Source: Nitrospirota bacterium
GTDB lineage: Bacteria > Nitrospirota > Thermodesulfovibrionia > Thermodesulfovibrionales > Dissulfurispiraceae
Direction of reading: 5' to 3'
Assembly: GCA_040758355.1 (NCBI GenBank)
Contig: JBFLWF010000001.1
Coordinates: forward strand, 177,442 to 241,441
Length of the DNA stretch: 64,000 nt
The translations under genes were made by a program, and so were the position numbers. Below are positions 19,450 through 33,440 of this stretch, in pieces; position 1 is the first letter of the stretch; the number at the start of each line of letters is the position of its first letter. The notes below the pieces were generated by a model that saw only the letters and a list, made by a program, of their open reading frames with translations, made no database searches and was not told where the DNA came from.

Positions 19450-20511
19450 TTAATTCTGTATCTCGCTTGAAACCCCGGCCTCGCCAAAGGTTGCCATTTC
19501 TTTATATATCTTTAATCCTGCCTCTATCATAAGCATTGCCAATGCTGCGCCTGTGCCTTCACCGAGCCTCAAATCAAGGTCAAGGACAGACCTTAACCCC
19601 ATTTTATCGAGCATTGCCTTGTGCCCAATTTCAACGGAGTTATGGGCTGCAAACATATAATCTTTTACCCCTGGCTCGATGCAATATGCGATTAATGCGC
19701 CTGCTGTGGAGATGAACCCGTCAATGACAACCGGAATCCTGTTTGATGCTGCACCGAGGACCAATCCCGCGATGCCTCCAATCTCTGCACCGCCCACTTT
19801 TGCGAGGACGTCTATTGCGTCTTCAGGATTTGGCTTATTCAATTTTATGCCGTTCTCTATTACCGTAATCTTCCTTTTTAATGATTCGTCAGTTATTCCC
19901 GTACCTTTGCCTGTAACCTCAGAAACGGGTTTGCCAGTAAGCACAGATGCAATAGCGCTCGATGGCGTTGTATTCCCTATCCCCATCTCTCCTGTGCCGA
20001 ATATCTTATAGCCCTTTTTGGCATATCCGTTTGCAAGCTCGATCCCTACATCTATGCATCTTATTGTCTCATCCCTTGTCATTGCAGGGCCTTTTGTGAA
20101 GTTTTTGGTTCCTTTTATCACCTTCATGTTTACCAGTCCTTCAATCTCTCCAAAATCGTGGTCAACGCCTATATCCACAACAACAACCTCTGCTCCTGCA
20201 TGTCTTGCAAGGACATTGATGCCTGCACCTCCTCTCAGGAAATTAAATACCATCTGAGGGGTGACCTCTTTTGGATAGGCTGATACGCCATCTTCTGTAA
20301 TGCCGTGGTCTCCTGCGAAAGTGAAGATTACCTTTTTATCCAGAACCGGGCTTTTGTTCTCGGTAATGGCGACAAATCTCCGTGCAAACTCCTCAAGCCT
20401 TCCGAGGCTTCCGAGGGGCTTTGTGAGGTTGTCGAGGTGCTTTTGAGCCAGGCCATACCATTCTTCATTCACTGACCTGATATTTTTTAGTGTTGCATTG
20501 AGTAAATCCAT
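19450..20511 (-). CDS. cobT: Nicotinate-nucleotide--dimethylbenzimidazole phosphoribosyltransferase
   Basis: [38 protein letters not shown]. Confidence 0.96.
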   Translation of the reverse strand: MDLLNATLKNIRSVNEEWYGLAQKHLDNLTKPLGSLGRLEEFARRFVAITENKSPVLDKKVIFTFAGDHGITEDGVSAYPKEVTPQMVFNFLRGGAGINVLARHAGAEVVVVDIGVDHDFGEIEGLVNMKVIKGTKNFTKGPAMTRDETIRCIDVGIELANGYAKKGYKIFGTGEMGIGNTTPSSAIASVLTGKPVSEVTGKGTGITDESLKRKITVIENGIKLNKPNPEDAIDVLAKVGGAEIGGIAGLVLGAASNRIPVVIDGFISTAGALIAYCIEPGVKDYMFAAHNSVEIGHKAMLDKMGLRSVLDLDLRLGEGTGAALAMLMIEAGLKIYKEMATFGEAGVSSEIQN

Positions 20512-20521
20512 CTGTCTTCTC

Positions 20522-21067
20522 CTACTTTATTTTTAAAGGTATTCCTGCGGTCACAAGATATACTTCGTCTGCTAAGGCTGCCATCTTTTGATTTAAATAG
20601 CCGGATAAATCTCTGAATCTCCTTGATAATGCATTGTCAGGAACGATTCCAAGACCGACCTCGTTCGAAACAGTGAATAGTGAACAGTGAATAGTGGATA
20701 AGGAAGAAATAAAAGACTCTGTTTCTGCTTCAACATCCTTATTATTAAGCATCAGATTCGAAAGCCATAGTGTCAGGCAGTCAACAAGGATTACATCATA
20801 GCTTTTATGAATGTCAGATATCAGCGTCGAGATATTCAGCGGCTCTTCGAAGGTTGTCCACTCACCTGGCCGTTCTTTTTTGTGTTTCTTAATCCGTTCC
20901 TTCATCTCATCATCCAGAGCCTGTGCAGTAGCAATATATGCCTTGCGCATGGAGGAGATTGCATCTCCTCCATGAACCCCCTCTTTAGAAGGGATATAAT
21001 TATTGGCAAGCTGCAGGGCAAACCTGCTTTTTCCGCTTCTCGCACCGCCTATGATGAATGTTATCAA
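20522..21067 (-). CDS. cobU: Bifunctional adenosylcobinamide kinase/guanylyltransferase (TTG start)
   Basis: [38 protein letters not shown]. Confidence 0.95.
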   Translation of the reverse strand: MITFIIGGARSGKSRFALQLANNYIPSKEGVHGGDAISSMRKAYIATAQALDDEMKERIKKHKKERPGEWTTFEEPLNISTLISDIHKSYDVILVDCLTLWLSNLMLNNKDVEAETESFISSLSTIHCSLFTVSNEVGLGIVPDNALSRRFRDLSGYLNQKMAALADEVYLVTAGIPLKIK

Positions 21068-21079
21068 CTCAGCACCCCT

Positions 21080-21118
21080 AAAAATAAAAAATCCTCATGG
21101 CAAAATGCCATGAGGATT
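21080..21118 (-). terminator. Intrinsic terminator (riboswitch expression platform) just upstream of cobU
   Basis: Stem AATCCTCATGGCA/TGCCATGAGGATT followed on the minus strand by a U-rich tract. Confidence 0.85.
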
Positions 21119-21189
21119 GCACCCTGTTTCACTTCATCCTCTCCTTCATCCACGTGAAGGCTTTAAATCCTATTCCCTAATTTCTGTCG

Positions 21190-21372
21190 TCAGGCAGGTC
21201 TTCTGGCTCCCGGGTAGTTTCTATAGTTTGGCCTACTCGCCAGCCTTCCCATCCTGTTTGCATCTGTATATGAGCGGACAGTGGCTCATTGGCTTTCGTC
21301 CCCGGTTACAGCGGCGGGACCGCTCCCGAATTGCACGGGATTCCCTATTAAGCACTTCGGCGCCTAAGAAAC
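21190..21372 (-). promoter_or_regulatory. Cobalamin riboswitch
   Basis: Minus strand reads AATAGGGAATCCCGTGCAATTCGGGAGCGGTCCCGCCGCTGT..GCCACTG..GGGAAGG..AGCCAGAAGACCTGCC (B12 box); ends approximate. Confidence 0.95.
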
Positions 21373-21471
21373 ATATTGTATCTAAACCATCAGCACAAAA
21401 GTCAAGGAGGGACTGGGGAGGGAAATATCCCTGCATTTGACGAAGACAAGGGATTGGAGGGATTTAACGGG

Positions 21472-21597
21472 CTAACACCAATTGACTCTCGATATCAATC
21501 CACGGATGATTTCCAGCCGCTGCTTTAACGGATACTCAAAATATATGGAACTCTCCATGAGTATGGATACAATTTCTTTGATTTTCTGCCTTTCCAT
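21472..21597 (-). CDS. Small hypothetical protein (41 aa, MERQKIKEIVSILMESSIYF..)
   Basis: AAGGAG SD shortly before ATG at 21597; downstream of tmRNA. Confidence 0.5.
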   Translation of the reverse strand: MERQKIKEIVSILMESSIYFEYPLKQRLEIIRGLISRVNWC

Positions 21598-21676
21598 GGC
21601 CAACTCCTTCGAATCCTTTCTTGCTTTAGTTATCGGGTAAAAAATAAAGTGCTTTAGTTCAGAAAATACTTCCATT

Positions 21677-22020
21677 TGGTGGAGGCGGCGGGAATCGAAC
21701 CCGCGTCCGAAAGTACTACTCTCAAGCCTCTACATGCTTATCCAGCCTATTTAATCTCGGATACCAGATTGCCGGCAGGCAGGCCTGCTGATATCCTATC
21801 CCTTAAGCTTTCGCTGGATTTAAAGGAGTCATCCAGCGGCAGCCTGCTGATCGACGCTGTCCCTGAAGCACAGGCAACCTCAGGGGAGCGTGCTGCTATT
21901 GGTTAAGCAGCGAGTGCCAGTTCGTTGTTGGCGTTTGTGTTTTTTCCATCTTTTTAGGTGGTGATGGAGCCACCGCATGCCACTTGAGCCTCATAACCCC
22001 CGTCGAGCCCTATCGCCCCC
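21677..22020 (-). ncRNA. ssrA: tmRNA; tag (A)NNELALAA*
   Basis: 5' GGGGGCG pairs with 3' CGCCTCC-ACCA; T-arm GGTTCGATTCC; tag frame GCC AAC AAC GAA CTG GCA CTC GCT GCT TAA at 21932-21903; adjacent to smpB. Confidence 0.97.
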
Positions 22021-22077
22021 GGTTGAACAGCTTAAACCATTTAAACGGCTTGAACTGTTATTTATATAATAACATAT

Positions 22078-22533
22078 TTAGCGATTTTTCATCGCCTTTT
22101 CTATCGCCCTCTTTGCCTCCCGCTCTTTTATCGTCTCCCGTTTTTCGTATTGCCTCTTGCCTTTTGCAAGTCCTACCTCAACCTTTGCATAAGGGCCTTT
22201 GAAATATATCTTAAGCGGGATTAATGTATAACCCTTCTGCTGCATCTTGCCCCTTAATCTCTCTATCTCTTTCCTGTGAAGCAGGAGCTTCCTTGTTCTC
22301 AGGGGGTCGTGGTTCAAGATGTTTCCGTGAGAATAAGGGCTTATGTGGCAGTTGAGCAGAATGACCTCCGAGTCTTTAATCAGGACGTAGCTGTCTTTAA
22401 GGTTGGCCTTGCCATCTCTCAGGGACTTGACCTCTGTGCCTAAAAGCTGGATACCTGCCTCAACAGTCTCTTCAATGCTGTAGTCATGGTATGCCTTTCT
22501 GTTCTGGCATACTATTTTTATGTCCGGGCTCAC
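22078..22533 (-). CDS. smpB: SsrA-binding protein
   Basis: [33 protein letters not shown]. Confidence 0.97.
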   Translation of the reverse strand: MSPDIKIVCQNRKAYHDYSIEETVEAGIQLLGTEVKSLRDGKANLKDSYVLIKDSEVILLNCHISPYSHGNILNHDPLRTRKLLLHRKEIERLRGKMQQKGYTLIPLKIYFKGPYAKVEVGLAKGKRQYEKRETIKEREAKRAIEKAMKNR

Positions 22534-22618
22534 AATTATATGATAACAGTATTATGATTGAACTTTAAAGCCGTGTTTCATTATAATTCAGGGCAGCTAT
22601 AAAAGAGCGGAGGTTTTT

Positions 22619-23044
22619 ATGAAGAGGCTTTTGGTTTATGCAATCATAGCATTTGTTTTTGTTGCTTCATGCGGTAAAGGCGAGGTCAAAAAGGTATCCG
22701 AGGATTCAAAGATGGCAACAGAGGCATTCTCCCTTGCTGAAAAGATAAGGGAATCATATGCAAAAAAAGACCTATCGACCATTGAAAAGAACTCAACGAG
22801 GGAGGGATTCAGGACAATCAGCAGTGCCTTTAAAACCTTTGATTCTGTTGACCTTACATTCAGTCCGGTGTGGGTTGAAATAGAAGACAATGTGGTGCAT
22901 CTCAATATCTCATGGAAAGGCACATGGCAGAAGGGCGGAAAGACCACCGAAGAGAGAGGCATGGCAGTGTTTGTTTTAAAGGGCAGGCCTCTTAAGGTGG
23001 ACAACATACTCAGGGCAAATCCATTCAGGTATCCGGCAGATTAG
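22619..23044 (+). CDS. Hypothetical lipoprotein
   Basis: GGAGG SD; MKR + hydrophobic stretch + VAS|C lipobox. Confidence 0.7.
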   Translation: MKRLLVYAIIAFVFVASCGKGEVKKVSEDSKMATEAFSLAEKIRESYAKKDLSTIEKNSTREGFRTISSAFKTFDSVDLTFSPVWVEIEDNVVHLNISWKGTWQKGGKTTEERGMAVFVLKGRPLKVDNILRANPFRYPAD

Positions 23045-23048
23045 TTTT

Positions 23049-23732
23049 TTAGTGATGTATCCACGTGCCTTGTCGCGTAGGCATTTTTAGTGCCTGTTTT
23101 AGCATTTTCATAAATTCGGAGCGGGGGATTTCCTTTGCACCGAGGCTTATCAGATGCCCTGTTGTTACCTGACAGTCAATCAATCCGAAACCCCACTTTA
23201 TCGATTGCTGGATAAGGTGCACAAAGGCGACCTTAGAGGCATTGGACTTTTTGCTGAACATGGACTCTCCGAAAAAAGCTCCTCCCAGCGATACTCCATA
23301 GAGACCCCCGGCCAATTCACCCTCATGCCAGCTCTCAACAGAATGGGCAAATCCTGAATTGTGAAGATTTATATAAGCATCTATCATTTTTTCTGTAATC
23401 CATGTCCCGTTATGCCTTTTCTTATGCACGCCCGCGCAACTTTTTATAACATCTTCAAAGGCATTGTCCATCGTTATTTTAAATGTGTTTTTATTGATAA
23501 CCTGTCTTAGACTCCTCGATATTTTGAGTTCTTCAGGTATCATTACGAGGCGAGGATCTGGAGACCACCATAATATTGGAGAGTCTTCAGAATACCAGGG
23601 GAAAATTCCCATGGAGTAGGCAAGCAAAAGGCGCTCTTCGCTGAGATCGCCTCCTACTGCCAGAAGACCATCTGGTTCTGAGAATTCAATGGGTGGAAAA
23701 ATAAGTTTTTCGGATAACTGAAAGACAGGCAT
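23049..23732 (-). CDS. aat: Leucyl/phenylalanyl-tRNA--protein transferase
   Basis: [38 protein letters not shown]. Confidence 0.96.
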   Translation of the reverse strand: MPVFQLSEKLIFPPIEFSEPDGLLAVGGDLSEERLLLAYSMGIFPWYSEDSPILWWSPDPRLVMIPEELKISRSLRQVINKNTFKITMDNAFEDVIKSCAGVHKKRHNGTWITEKMIDAYINLHNSGFAHSVESWHEGELAGGLYGVSLGGAFFGESMFSKKSNASKVAFVHLIQQSIKWGFGLIDCQVTTGHLISLGAKEIPRSEFMKMLKQALKMPTRQGTWIHH

Positions 23733-23744
23733 AAAAGATTGTTT

Positions 23745-23948
23745 TTATTTACAAGAACTGCAGGAACTTGAACTGCATGAAGAACATCCGGAGGATGTCT
23801 GGTGTTCCACACCGCTCATGCCGAAAACAGAGAATTTTTTTTTGACATTTTCTGCTCTGCATACGGGACAGGTTACTTTTGAGTTGCCGAAAACGAGCTT
23901 TTCGAATTCATGTCCGCATTTATCGCATTTATATTCAAAAATTGGCAT
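23745..23948 (-). CDS. FmdB-family zinc-ribbon protein
   Basis: [15 protein letters not shown], Cys/Ser-rich tail. Confidence 0.9.
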   Translation of the reverse strand: MPIFEYKCDKCGHEFEKLVFGNSKVTCPVCRAENVKKKFSVFGMSGVEHQTSSGCSSCSSSSCSSCK

Positions 23949-24030
23949 AATCCATTATAACATAGTGCTTGAATTATTAAACAAAATCATTTATGGTAAT
24001 AAAAACAATAATAATGTGGAGGAAATTTTT

Positions 24031-24270
24031 ATGGGAGGGAATAAGGGCCAGAATCTTCAGGACAGCTTCCTAAACCAGTTGAGAAAGGAAAAGATCCCTG
24101 TAGTGGTTTATCTCACGAATGGCGTCAGATTAAAAGGCGTAATCAAGGGATTTGACAATTTCGTTGTCTTGCTTAAAGAGGCGAACGAACAGCTTATCTA
24201 CAAACATGCCATATCTACAGTCGTTCCTGAAAAGAGCGTGGATATCAGGTTCGAAAATCCTGAAGAGTAG
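24031..24270 (+). CDS. hfq: RNA chaperone Hfq
   Basis: [35 protein letters not shown] before ATG 24031. Confidence 0.97.
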   Translation: MGGNKGQNLQDSFLNQLRKEKIPVVVYLTNGVRLKGVIKGFDNFVVLLKEANEQLIYKHAISTVVPEKSVDIRFENPEE

Positions 24271-24286
24271 CAGGAGGTATTAATCG

Positions 24287-24952
24287 ATGCTAAAGACCAT
24301 GAGAAAACATGCAAAATTCTTTTATTTTCTGTTTTTCATTGTAATTCTCTCCTTTATATTCTGGGGAGTTGGCACTCTCGATAAGCCTACTGCTGTGAGC
24401 GTTGCCGAAATAGGCAAGGAGAAGATTACTGTTGAGGAGTACTGGAGGGCATACGAGAATGTAAGGCAGCAATTAAGGGATATTTATAAAGAAAAGTTTA
24501 ATGAAGAGATGGAAAAGAGCCTGAAACTCAAAGAGACGGTACTTAACAGTCTCATAGATGAGAGGGTGCTTTTGATTTCGGCTGCAGAATTGGGAGTAAA
24601 GGTGACAGATAAGGAACTTCAGGATGCAATTGTGAATGACCCTCGGTTTATGAGGGACGGCATTTTCCGGAAGGATGTATATTTCAGAACCCTTGATCTC
24701 AACAGGCTTACACCCGAGATGTTTGAGAACTCAATGAGACAACAGCTTACGCTTATTAAGATGAGGAGGTTCATCGCATCTACCATCGATATAAATCCGC
24801 TGGATTTGAAGGGCGTAGCGGGTGATGAGAAGAAGGTTAATGAGGCAAGGCAGGCAATACTTGCGGATAAAAGCAATGCAGCCATAAAGTCTTATGTGGA
24901 CAGCGTAAAGCAGAGGATGAAGTTCAAGGTCAATATGGACCTCATATCTTAG
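24287..24952 (+). CDS. SurA/PpiD N-terminal domain membrane protein
   Basis: ML..MRK, I.LSF.FWG, LI...LL..A..LG..V.D.EL...I...P.F..DG.F. Confidence 0.8.
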   Translation: MLKTMRKHAKFFYFLFFIVILSFIFWGVGTLDKPTAVSVAEIGKEKITVEEYWRAYENVRQQLRDIYKEKFNEEMEKSLKLKETVLNSLIDERVLLISAAELGVKVTDKELQDAIVNDPRFMRDGIFRKDVYFRTLDLNRLTPEMFENSMRQQLTLIKMRRFIASTIDINPLDLKGVAGDEKKVNEARQAILADKSNAAIKSYVDSVKQRMKFKVNMDLIS

Positions 24953-24990
24953 CTATATCCCTTTTGGAAATGCACAAAAACATGTTATAA

Positions 24991-28015
<3,025 letters not shown>

Positions 28016-28016
<1 letters not shown>

Positions 28017-28918
28017 TGGACATAAAGGCCTACCTTAAAGAAAAAAAAACACTGATAGACTCATTCCTTGAGTCGTATTTTTCTGCACCTATCAATCCCA
28101 GGACACTGCAAGATTCTATGACATATTCCCTTTCTGCTGGAGGGAAAAGGATAAGGCCTGTTTTATGCATCGCAGCATACGAGGCATGCGCCAAAGACAA
28201 CAAAGTTAAGGCAGGAGACATAATCCCCTATGCCTCTGCCCTTGAGTTCATACACACTTATTCATTAATACACGATGACCTCCCTGCAATGGACAATGAT
28301 GACCTCAGGCGCGGAAAGCCAACAAATCATAAGGTTTTTGGCGAGGGCATGGCCATTTTAGCAGGGGACGGCTTGTTAACAGAGGCCTTTTATTTGCTGT
28401 CCAACAATACCCATAATGTTTCTCACTTTTCACCTTATGCAATTTTAAAAGTAATTCGCGAGATTGCCATGGCAGCAGGTGCGCACGGAATGGTGGGAGG
28501 CCAGGCACAGGATTTATTATCAGAGGATGCAGAGCCTGATGCAGAAACACTATCTTTCATACATAGCCACAAGACCGCTGCACTCATAACGGTCTCTGTC
28601 CGTTCAGGGGGCATACTGGCAAACTGCAGCGACCACGAATTGTTCAGGCTCACGAAATACGGAGAGAATATAGGGTTAGCATTTCAGGTTATTGATGATA
28701 TACTTGATGTAGAAGGAGAGACAGAGGTAATAGGCAAGCCCAAAGGCTCTGATGAAAAGAAAAAGAAGATGACTTATCCCAGGCTTTATGGCATAGATAA
28801 GTCGAGGGAAAAGGCAAAGGAACTGATTAATGGTGCAATCAATTCGCTGGAGACTTTTGATGAAAAGGCAGAGCCATTGAGGGCTATCGCAAGGTATATG
28901 CTTGAAAGGAAAAGTTAG
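28016..28918 (+). CDS. ispA: Farnesyl/geranylgeranyl diphosphate synthase
   Basis: GGKRIRP, HDDLPAMDNDDLRRG, GGQ..D, FQ..DDILD. Confidence 0.95.
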
Positions 28919-29010
28919 GCTTATGTTTATATATGTCAAGTACAGCTCAAAGCCACCTCTTTTTGCCGCACCTGACATATATTTTCTGAATTAGGATAGC
29001 TCAATTTTGG
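28913..29010. repeat. Internally deleted copy of the ~210-bp palindromic element
   Basis: Keeps both ends: ATATATGTCAAG..CTCAAAG and CTTTT..GCACCTGACATATAT..GCTCAATTT. Confidence 0.8.
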
Positions 29011-29016
29011 TTTAAA

Positions 29017-30999
29017 ATGTTTATAGAGAAAATAAAATCCCCGCAGGACTTAAAATCCCTCAAGACAGAAGACCTGAATGCCCTTGCCGAGGAACTGCGA
29101 AATGTAATCATTGAAAGGGTTTCCATTAATGGCGGGCATCTTGCATCTAATTTAGGAGTTGTGGAACTGACCATAGCACTCCATTATGTCTTTAATTCCC
29201 CTGAAGACAAGATTGTCTGGGATGTGGGACATCAGTCATACTCCCATAAGCTTTTAACAGGAAGATTTCATATTTTCCATACGCTCAGGAAATATAAGGG
29301 ATTATCAGGGTTTCCGAAGATTTCAGAAAGTCCCCATGATGCCTTTGGCACTGGACACAGTTCCACTTCCATATCCGCTGCTATTGGAATACTGGAGGCG
29401 AGGGACATTATTAAAAAATTTCAAATTTCAAATCTCAGATTTCAAATTCCCAATAAGGTTATAGCAGTTATAGGCGATGGCGCTTTAACATCAGGACTGG
29501 CGTTTGAAGGACTTAATCATGCAGGGCATCTCAAAAAAGACCTTATCGTAATTCTCAATGACAACGAGATGTCCATATCTCCGAATGTTGGAGCCTTGTC
29601 CAACTATCTTAATAAGGTCTTGACAGGTACATTCTACAAAAAATTCAAGAAAGAGACAAAGGCATTTTTGGAAGGCATTCCCAAGATCGGAGAAACAGTC
29701 GCAAAGATTGCCCAGAAGGCAGAAGGCAGCATGAAGGGATTTTTCCTGCCAGGAGGATTGTTTGAGGATCTTGGATTTAATTATTTAGGCCCAATCGACG
29801 GCCATGATATACCATTACTGATCGAAACATTAAACAGCATTAAAGATGCGAATGAGCCGACATTAATTCATGTAGTAACCAAGAAAGGCAAAGGATACAA
29901 GTTTTCAGAGGAAGACCCGTGCATATATCATGGAGTGGGGCCATTTGAGGCAGATACGGGAATACAGAAAGAAGGGTCAGGGGTCAAAGGTCAAGGGTCA
30001 AAGGCCGAAGAAAACTTGGAAAACTTGCCTGTTGTCCATTGCATCTCGCCGCTTGCATACAGCGATGTATTCGGTAATGCACTTATGGAAATTGCAGAGG
30101 CTGATAAAAGGGTTGTAGCTATAACTGCTGCAATGAAAGAGGGGACAGGCCTTGCAACATTTGCTGAGAGATTTCCAGAAAGATTTTATGATGTGGGCAT
30201 TGCAGAGCCCCATACAGTAACCTTTGCAGCAGGCCTTGCAGCACAGGGATTAAAGCCGGTTGTGGCAATATACTCCACATTCATCCAGAGGGCTTATGAT
30301 GAAATTATCCATGATGTCTGCCTCCAGAACCTCCCTGTTGTATTTGCCATAGACAGGGCAGGTATAGTTGGCGAGGACGGCGCAACGCATCAGGGTCTGT
30401 TCGACATATCATTTCTGAGGCATATCCCAAATCTCTTGTTTATGGCCCCAAAAGACGGGCAGGAATTGAAAGACATGCTTAAGTTCGCAGTTCAGTATAA
30501 TGGCCCTTCAGTCATAAGGTATCCGAGGGGAAAGGTGAGTCAGGAGTCAAGAGTTAAGAGTCAAGAGTCAGAAATAATAAGGGGGAAATTCGAAATTTTG
30601 ATGGAAGGTGATGATGTAGCAATCATTGCTGTGGGTAATGCAGTGCATCCATCATTGAAGGCGGCAGAGATGTTGAAGGGAGATGGCATAAATGCCTGCG
30701 TTGTAAATGCACGGTTCATCAAGCCCCTTGATGAGGAACTCATAATATCAATGTCAGAGAGGACAAAGAGAATAATTACTGTAGAAGAGAATGTCCTTGC
30801 AGGAGGCTTTGGCTCAGCGGTTCTTGAATGCGTAAACAAGGCAGGATTGACGGATATTGCAGTCAAAAGAATCGGCATAGATGACGAATTCGTAGAGCAC
30901 GGCTCTCAGGGAATCCTGAGAAAAGAATACGGTCTTGACGAAGATGGAATATATAAAACTGCACTGGCATTTCTGAGCCAACATTGTGCAAGGCTATAA
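29017..30999 (+). CDS. dxs: 1-deoxy-D-xylulose-5-phosphate synthase
   Basis: GGHL..NLG.VELT, WDVGHQ.Y.HK, GHSSTSIS, GDGA, DVGIAE.H, DRAG.VG.DG.TH; three in-frame heptamer arrays. Confidence 0.98.
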   Translation: MFIEKIKSPQDLKSLKTEDLNALAEELRNVIIERVSINGGHLASNLGVVELTIALHYVFNSPEDKIVWDVGHQSYSHKLLTGRFHIFHTLRKYKGLSGFPKISESPHDAFGTGHSSTSISAAIGILEARDIIKKFQISNLRFQIPNKVIAVIGDGALTSGLAFEGLNHAGHLKKDLIVILNDNEMSISPNVGALSNYLNKVLTGTFYKKFKKETKAFLEGIPKIGETVAKIAQKAEGSMKGFFLPGGLFEDLGFNYLGPIDGHDIPLLIETLNSIKDANEPTLIHVVTKKGKGYKFSEEDPCIYHGVGPFEADTGIQKEGSGVKGQGSKAEENLENLPVVHCISPLAYSDVFGNALMEIAEADKRVVAITAAMKEGTGLATFAERFPERFYDVGIAEPHTVTFAAGLAAQGLKPVVAIYSTFIQRAYDEIIHDVCLQNLPVVFAIDRAGIVGEDGATHQGLFDISFLRHIPNLLFMAPKDGQELKDMLKFAVQYNGPSVIRYPRGKVSQESRVKSQESEIIRGKFEILMEGDDVAIIAVGNAVHPSLKAAEMLKGDGINACVVNARFIKPLDEELIISMSERTKRIITVEENVLAGGFGSAVLECVNKAGLTDIAVKRIGIDDEFVEHGSQGILRKEYGLDEDGIYKTALAFLSQHCARL

Positions 31000-31014
31000 T
31001 GGTCATAATCTGTA

Positions 31015-31226
31015 TCTAAGTTGAGTGATTTTTATATGTCAGTTACTGCTCAAAGACTTTAAAAAGTGTTGATTCAAGTGCATACGAGAGATTTTAAATA
31101 TATTATTCATCAAGTATCCAATGTAGTAGATGACGGATGCAAGATAAATGTTTTTACAAGTGCGTGGTTTGAAGTCTTTTCGCAGCACCTGACATATATT
31201 TTTAGATTAGAATCGCTCAATTTGGG
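31015..31226. mobile_element. ~212-bp MITE-like palindromic element, copy 1
   Basis: Inverted ends CTAAGTTGAG.GATT..ATATGTCAG / CTGACATAT..AATCGCTCAATTTGG; flanked by TA on both sides; homologous to 33176-33395 and 61997-62208. Confidence 0.8.
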
Positions 31227-31232
31227 TACAAA

Positions 31233-31970
31233 ATGAAATCCCGTCTCGATAAAATCATTGTTGACAAAGGCATTGCACCAAGCCGTGAACGCGCGCAGGC
31301 GCTTATCATGGAAGGCAGGGTTTTTGTTGGCGGCATTCCTGTTACTAAGGCTGGGGCGATGGTTGACGAAGGCGCAGCAGTCGAACTAAAGGGTGAAGAT
31401 ATCCCGTATGTCAGCCGAGGAGGCCTTAAGCTTGAGGCAGCAATCAGGCATTTCAATATATCGATGAAAGAAAAAATTGCAATGGATGTGGGATCTTCGA
31501 CAGGCGGATTTACAGACTGTATGCTTCAGAATGGTGTCAAAAAGGTTTATTGCATCGATGTCGGATACGGACAGCTTGCATGGAAGCTGAGACAGGACCC
31601 AAGGGTTGTGCTTATTGAGAGGACGAATATACGCTACCTCGAAAGGGAGAGGGTTCCCGAAGATATAGACATCGTAACCATCGATGTATCATTCATATCA
31701 CTAATAAAAGTTGTGCCAAATGTATTAGAGTTTCTGAAAGAGAACGGAGAGATTATAGCCCTCATAAAACCGCAGTTCGAGGTTGGAAAGGGAGAAGTGG
31801 GCAAGGGAGGCATCGTAAAGGATGAGGCAAAGAGGTTAAAGGCTGTGGATCGTGTGAAGGAAAATCTCGATGCCCTCGGGCTTCAGACTATCGGGGTGAT
31901 GCAGTCGCCAATCCCCGGCCAGAAGGGCAATATCGAATATCTTATTTATATGAAAAGGCACACTATATAA
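31233..31970 (+). CDS. tlyA: TlyA-family rRNA 2'-O-methyltransferase
   Basis: RLD..SRE.A (S4), YVSRGG.KL, D.G.STGGFTD, DVG.GQL, DVSFISL, KPQFE. Confidence 0.96.
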   Translation: MKSRLDKIIVDKGIAPSRERAQALIMEGRVFVGGIPVTKAGAMVDEGAAVELKGEDIPYVSRGGLKLEAAIRHFNISMKEKIAMDVGSSTGGFTDCMLQNGVKKVYCIDVGYGQLAWKLRQDPRVVLIERTNIRYLERERVPEDIDIVTIDVSFISLIKVVPNVLEFLKENGEIIALIKPQFEVGKGEVGKGGIVKDEAKRLKAVDRVKENLDALGLQTIGVMQSPIPGQKGNIEYLIYMKRHTI

Positions 31971-32040
31971 TATGTTGGAATTTATTATATAATATTCACT
32001 CCATTGGTAAGTGGGATAGTAAATTAACCGGAGTTAAGAG

Positions 32041-33174
32041 ATGGAAATGCCTTCTGATTTTGTAAAAAAATCGACATGGAATAAGGTGCTTAATTATATA
32101 GCATTAAGCGATGAGCTTCCTCCATATCTTCTTGTGGATAAAGAGGTTGTGAAGGAGAAGGTCGCTGTCATAGGCAAGAATATCAAAAACTCAAAGGTAT
32201 TTTATGCTGTCAAGGCTAATCCCGATGTGGAGGTCTTGAGATTTCTGAACAGCCTCGGCACAGGTTTTGAAATTGCATCAGAGGGAGAATTGCAGATACT
32301 TGCCTCACTTGGTGTCGAGCCTGAAAGGATTATAACGAGCAATCCAATGAAGACCTTTAAATTCTTAGAGCAGGCAGTTGATTACGGGGTGAACTATTTT
32401 GCCTACGACTCAATGGTGGAGGTGGAAAAGCTCGCGAGGTATGCTCCTGGATGTAATGTGTATGTAAGATTATCTGTCCCGAACGAAGGAAGCGAATGGC
32501 CTTTAAGCAAGAAATTTGGGGTTGAGATTGATGTTGCATCGGAGCTGCTCGTGTATGCAAAGGAAAAAGGGCTTAATCCCGTAGGCATTACCTTTCACGT
32601 TGGCTCACAGTGCAATAATGTCTATAACTGGAACACTGCTGTTGATAAGGCCAGGGATCTCTGGGAGAATGCAGAACAGAACGGGATAAAACTTAGAATG
32701 CTCAACATCGGCGGCGGCTATCCGATCCGATACACAAAGAATGTGGTTGATGTGGAGACGATAGAGAAAAAGGTCAATAAGGTCATATACCAGAAATTCC
32801 CCCAGGATATCGATATATTCATCGAGCCGGGGAGGGCTGTTGTCGGAGATGCGGGAATATTTGTCTCCACGGTTATAGGCAAGGCAATGCGAGGGGACGA
32901 GAACTGGCTCTATATAGATGTGGGGGTTTTTAATGGATTGATGGAGAGTGTCGGAGGCATTAAATATACCTATGTTGTTGGAAGCAGGAATGAGCCAAAG
33001 ACATGGACTATTTCAGGGCCGAGCTGCGACAGCTTCGATGTTATAGACAAGGAGGTCGAACTCCCTGAGCCTGAGGTGGGCAACAGGATACTGATACTTT
33101 CAAGCGGCGCATACACGATTTCGTATGCCTCGGAGTTTAACGGATTTTCGATACCGAAGACGATTTTGATTTAA
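32041..33174 (+). CDS. Fold-type III PLP decarboxylase (ornithine/lysine decarboxylase)
   Basis: YAVKAN, LS.KFG, FHVGSQ, IGGG, EPGR, GP.CDS.D, GAY..Y...FNGF. Confidence 0.92.
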   Translation: MEMPSDFVKKSTWNKVLNYIALSDELPPYLLVDKEVVKEKVAVIGKNIKNSKVFYAVKANPDVEVLRFLNSLGTGFEIASEGELQILASLGVEPERIITSNPMKTFKFLEQAVDYGVNYFAYDSMVEVEKLARYAPGCNVYVRLSVPNEGSEWPLSKKFGVEIDVASELLVYAKEKGLNPVGITFHVGSQCNNVYNWNTAVDKARDLWENAEQNGIKLRMLNIGGGYPIRYTKNVVDVETIEKKVNKVIYQKFPQDIDIFIEPGRAVVGDAGIFVSTVIGKAMRGDENWLYIDVGVFNGLMESVGGIKYTYVVGSRNEPKTWTISGPSCDSFDVIDKEVELPEPEVGNRILILSSGAYTISYASEFNGFSIPKTILI

Positions 33175-33175
33175 A

Positions 33176-33420
33176 TATAAGTTGAGCGATTTTAATATAT
33201 GTCAGGCACTGTTCAAAGACTTTAAAAAGTGTTGGTTCAAGTGTATATGAGAGACAATAAATGCATCATCCATCAAGTATCCAATGTAGTAGATGACGGA
33301 TACAAGATAAATGTTTTTACAAGTGCGTGGTTTAAAGTCTTTTCGCAGCACCTGACATATATTTTTAAAATTAGATTAGAATCGCTCGACTTAGGTTAGA
33401 TTAGAGTCATTCAATTTAGG
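33176..33420. mobile_element. MITE-like palindromic element, copy 2, with duplicated right end (33396-33420)
   Basis: Colinear with copy 1; TTAGATTAGA....TC.A.TTAGG occurs twice. Confidence 0.8.
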
Positions 33421-33440
33421 ACTAAAAGCAGGAGGATTTT

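Noticed and set aside
21117..21440. ORFs across the cobU leader
   Set aside because: They overlap the cobalamin riboswitch and show no protein motifs
21676..21906. 76-aa plus-strand ORF MVEAAGIEPAS, or a tRNA at this position
   Set aside because: It is the antisense reading of the tmRNA tRNA-like 3' end
23818..24030. Long N-terminal extension of hfq (similar extensions in guaA, HARP and the M16 peptidase)
   Set aside because: Extensions overlap neighbouring genes or repeats; SD and family motifs support the later ATGs
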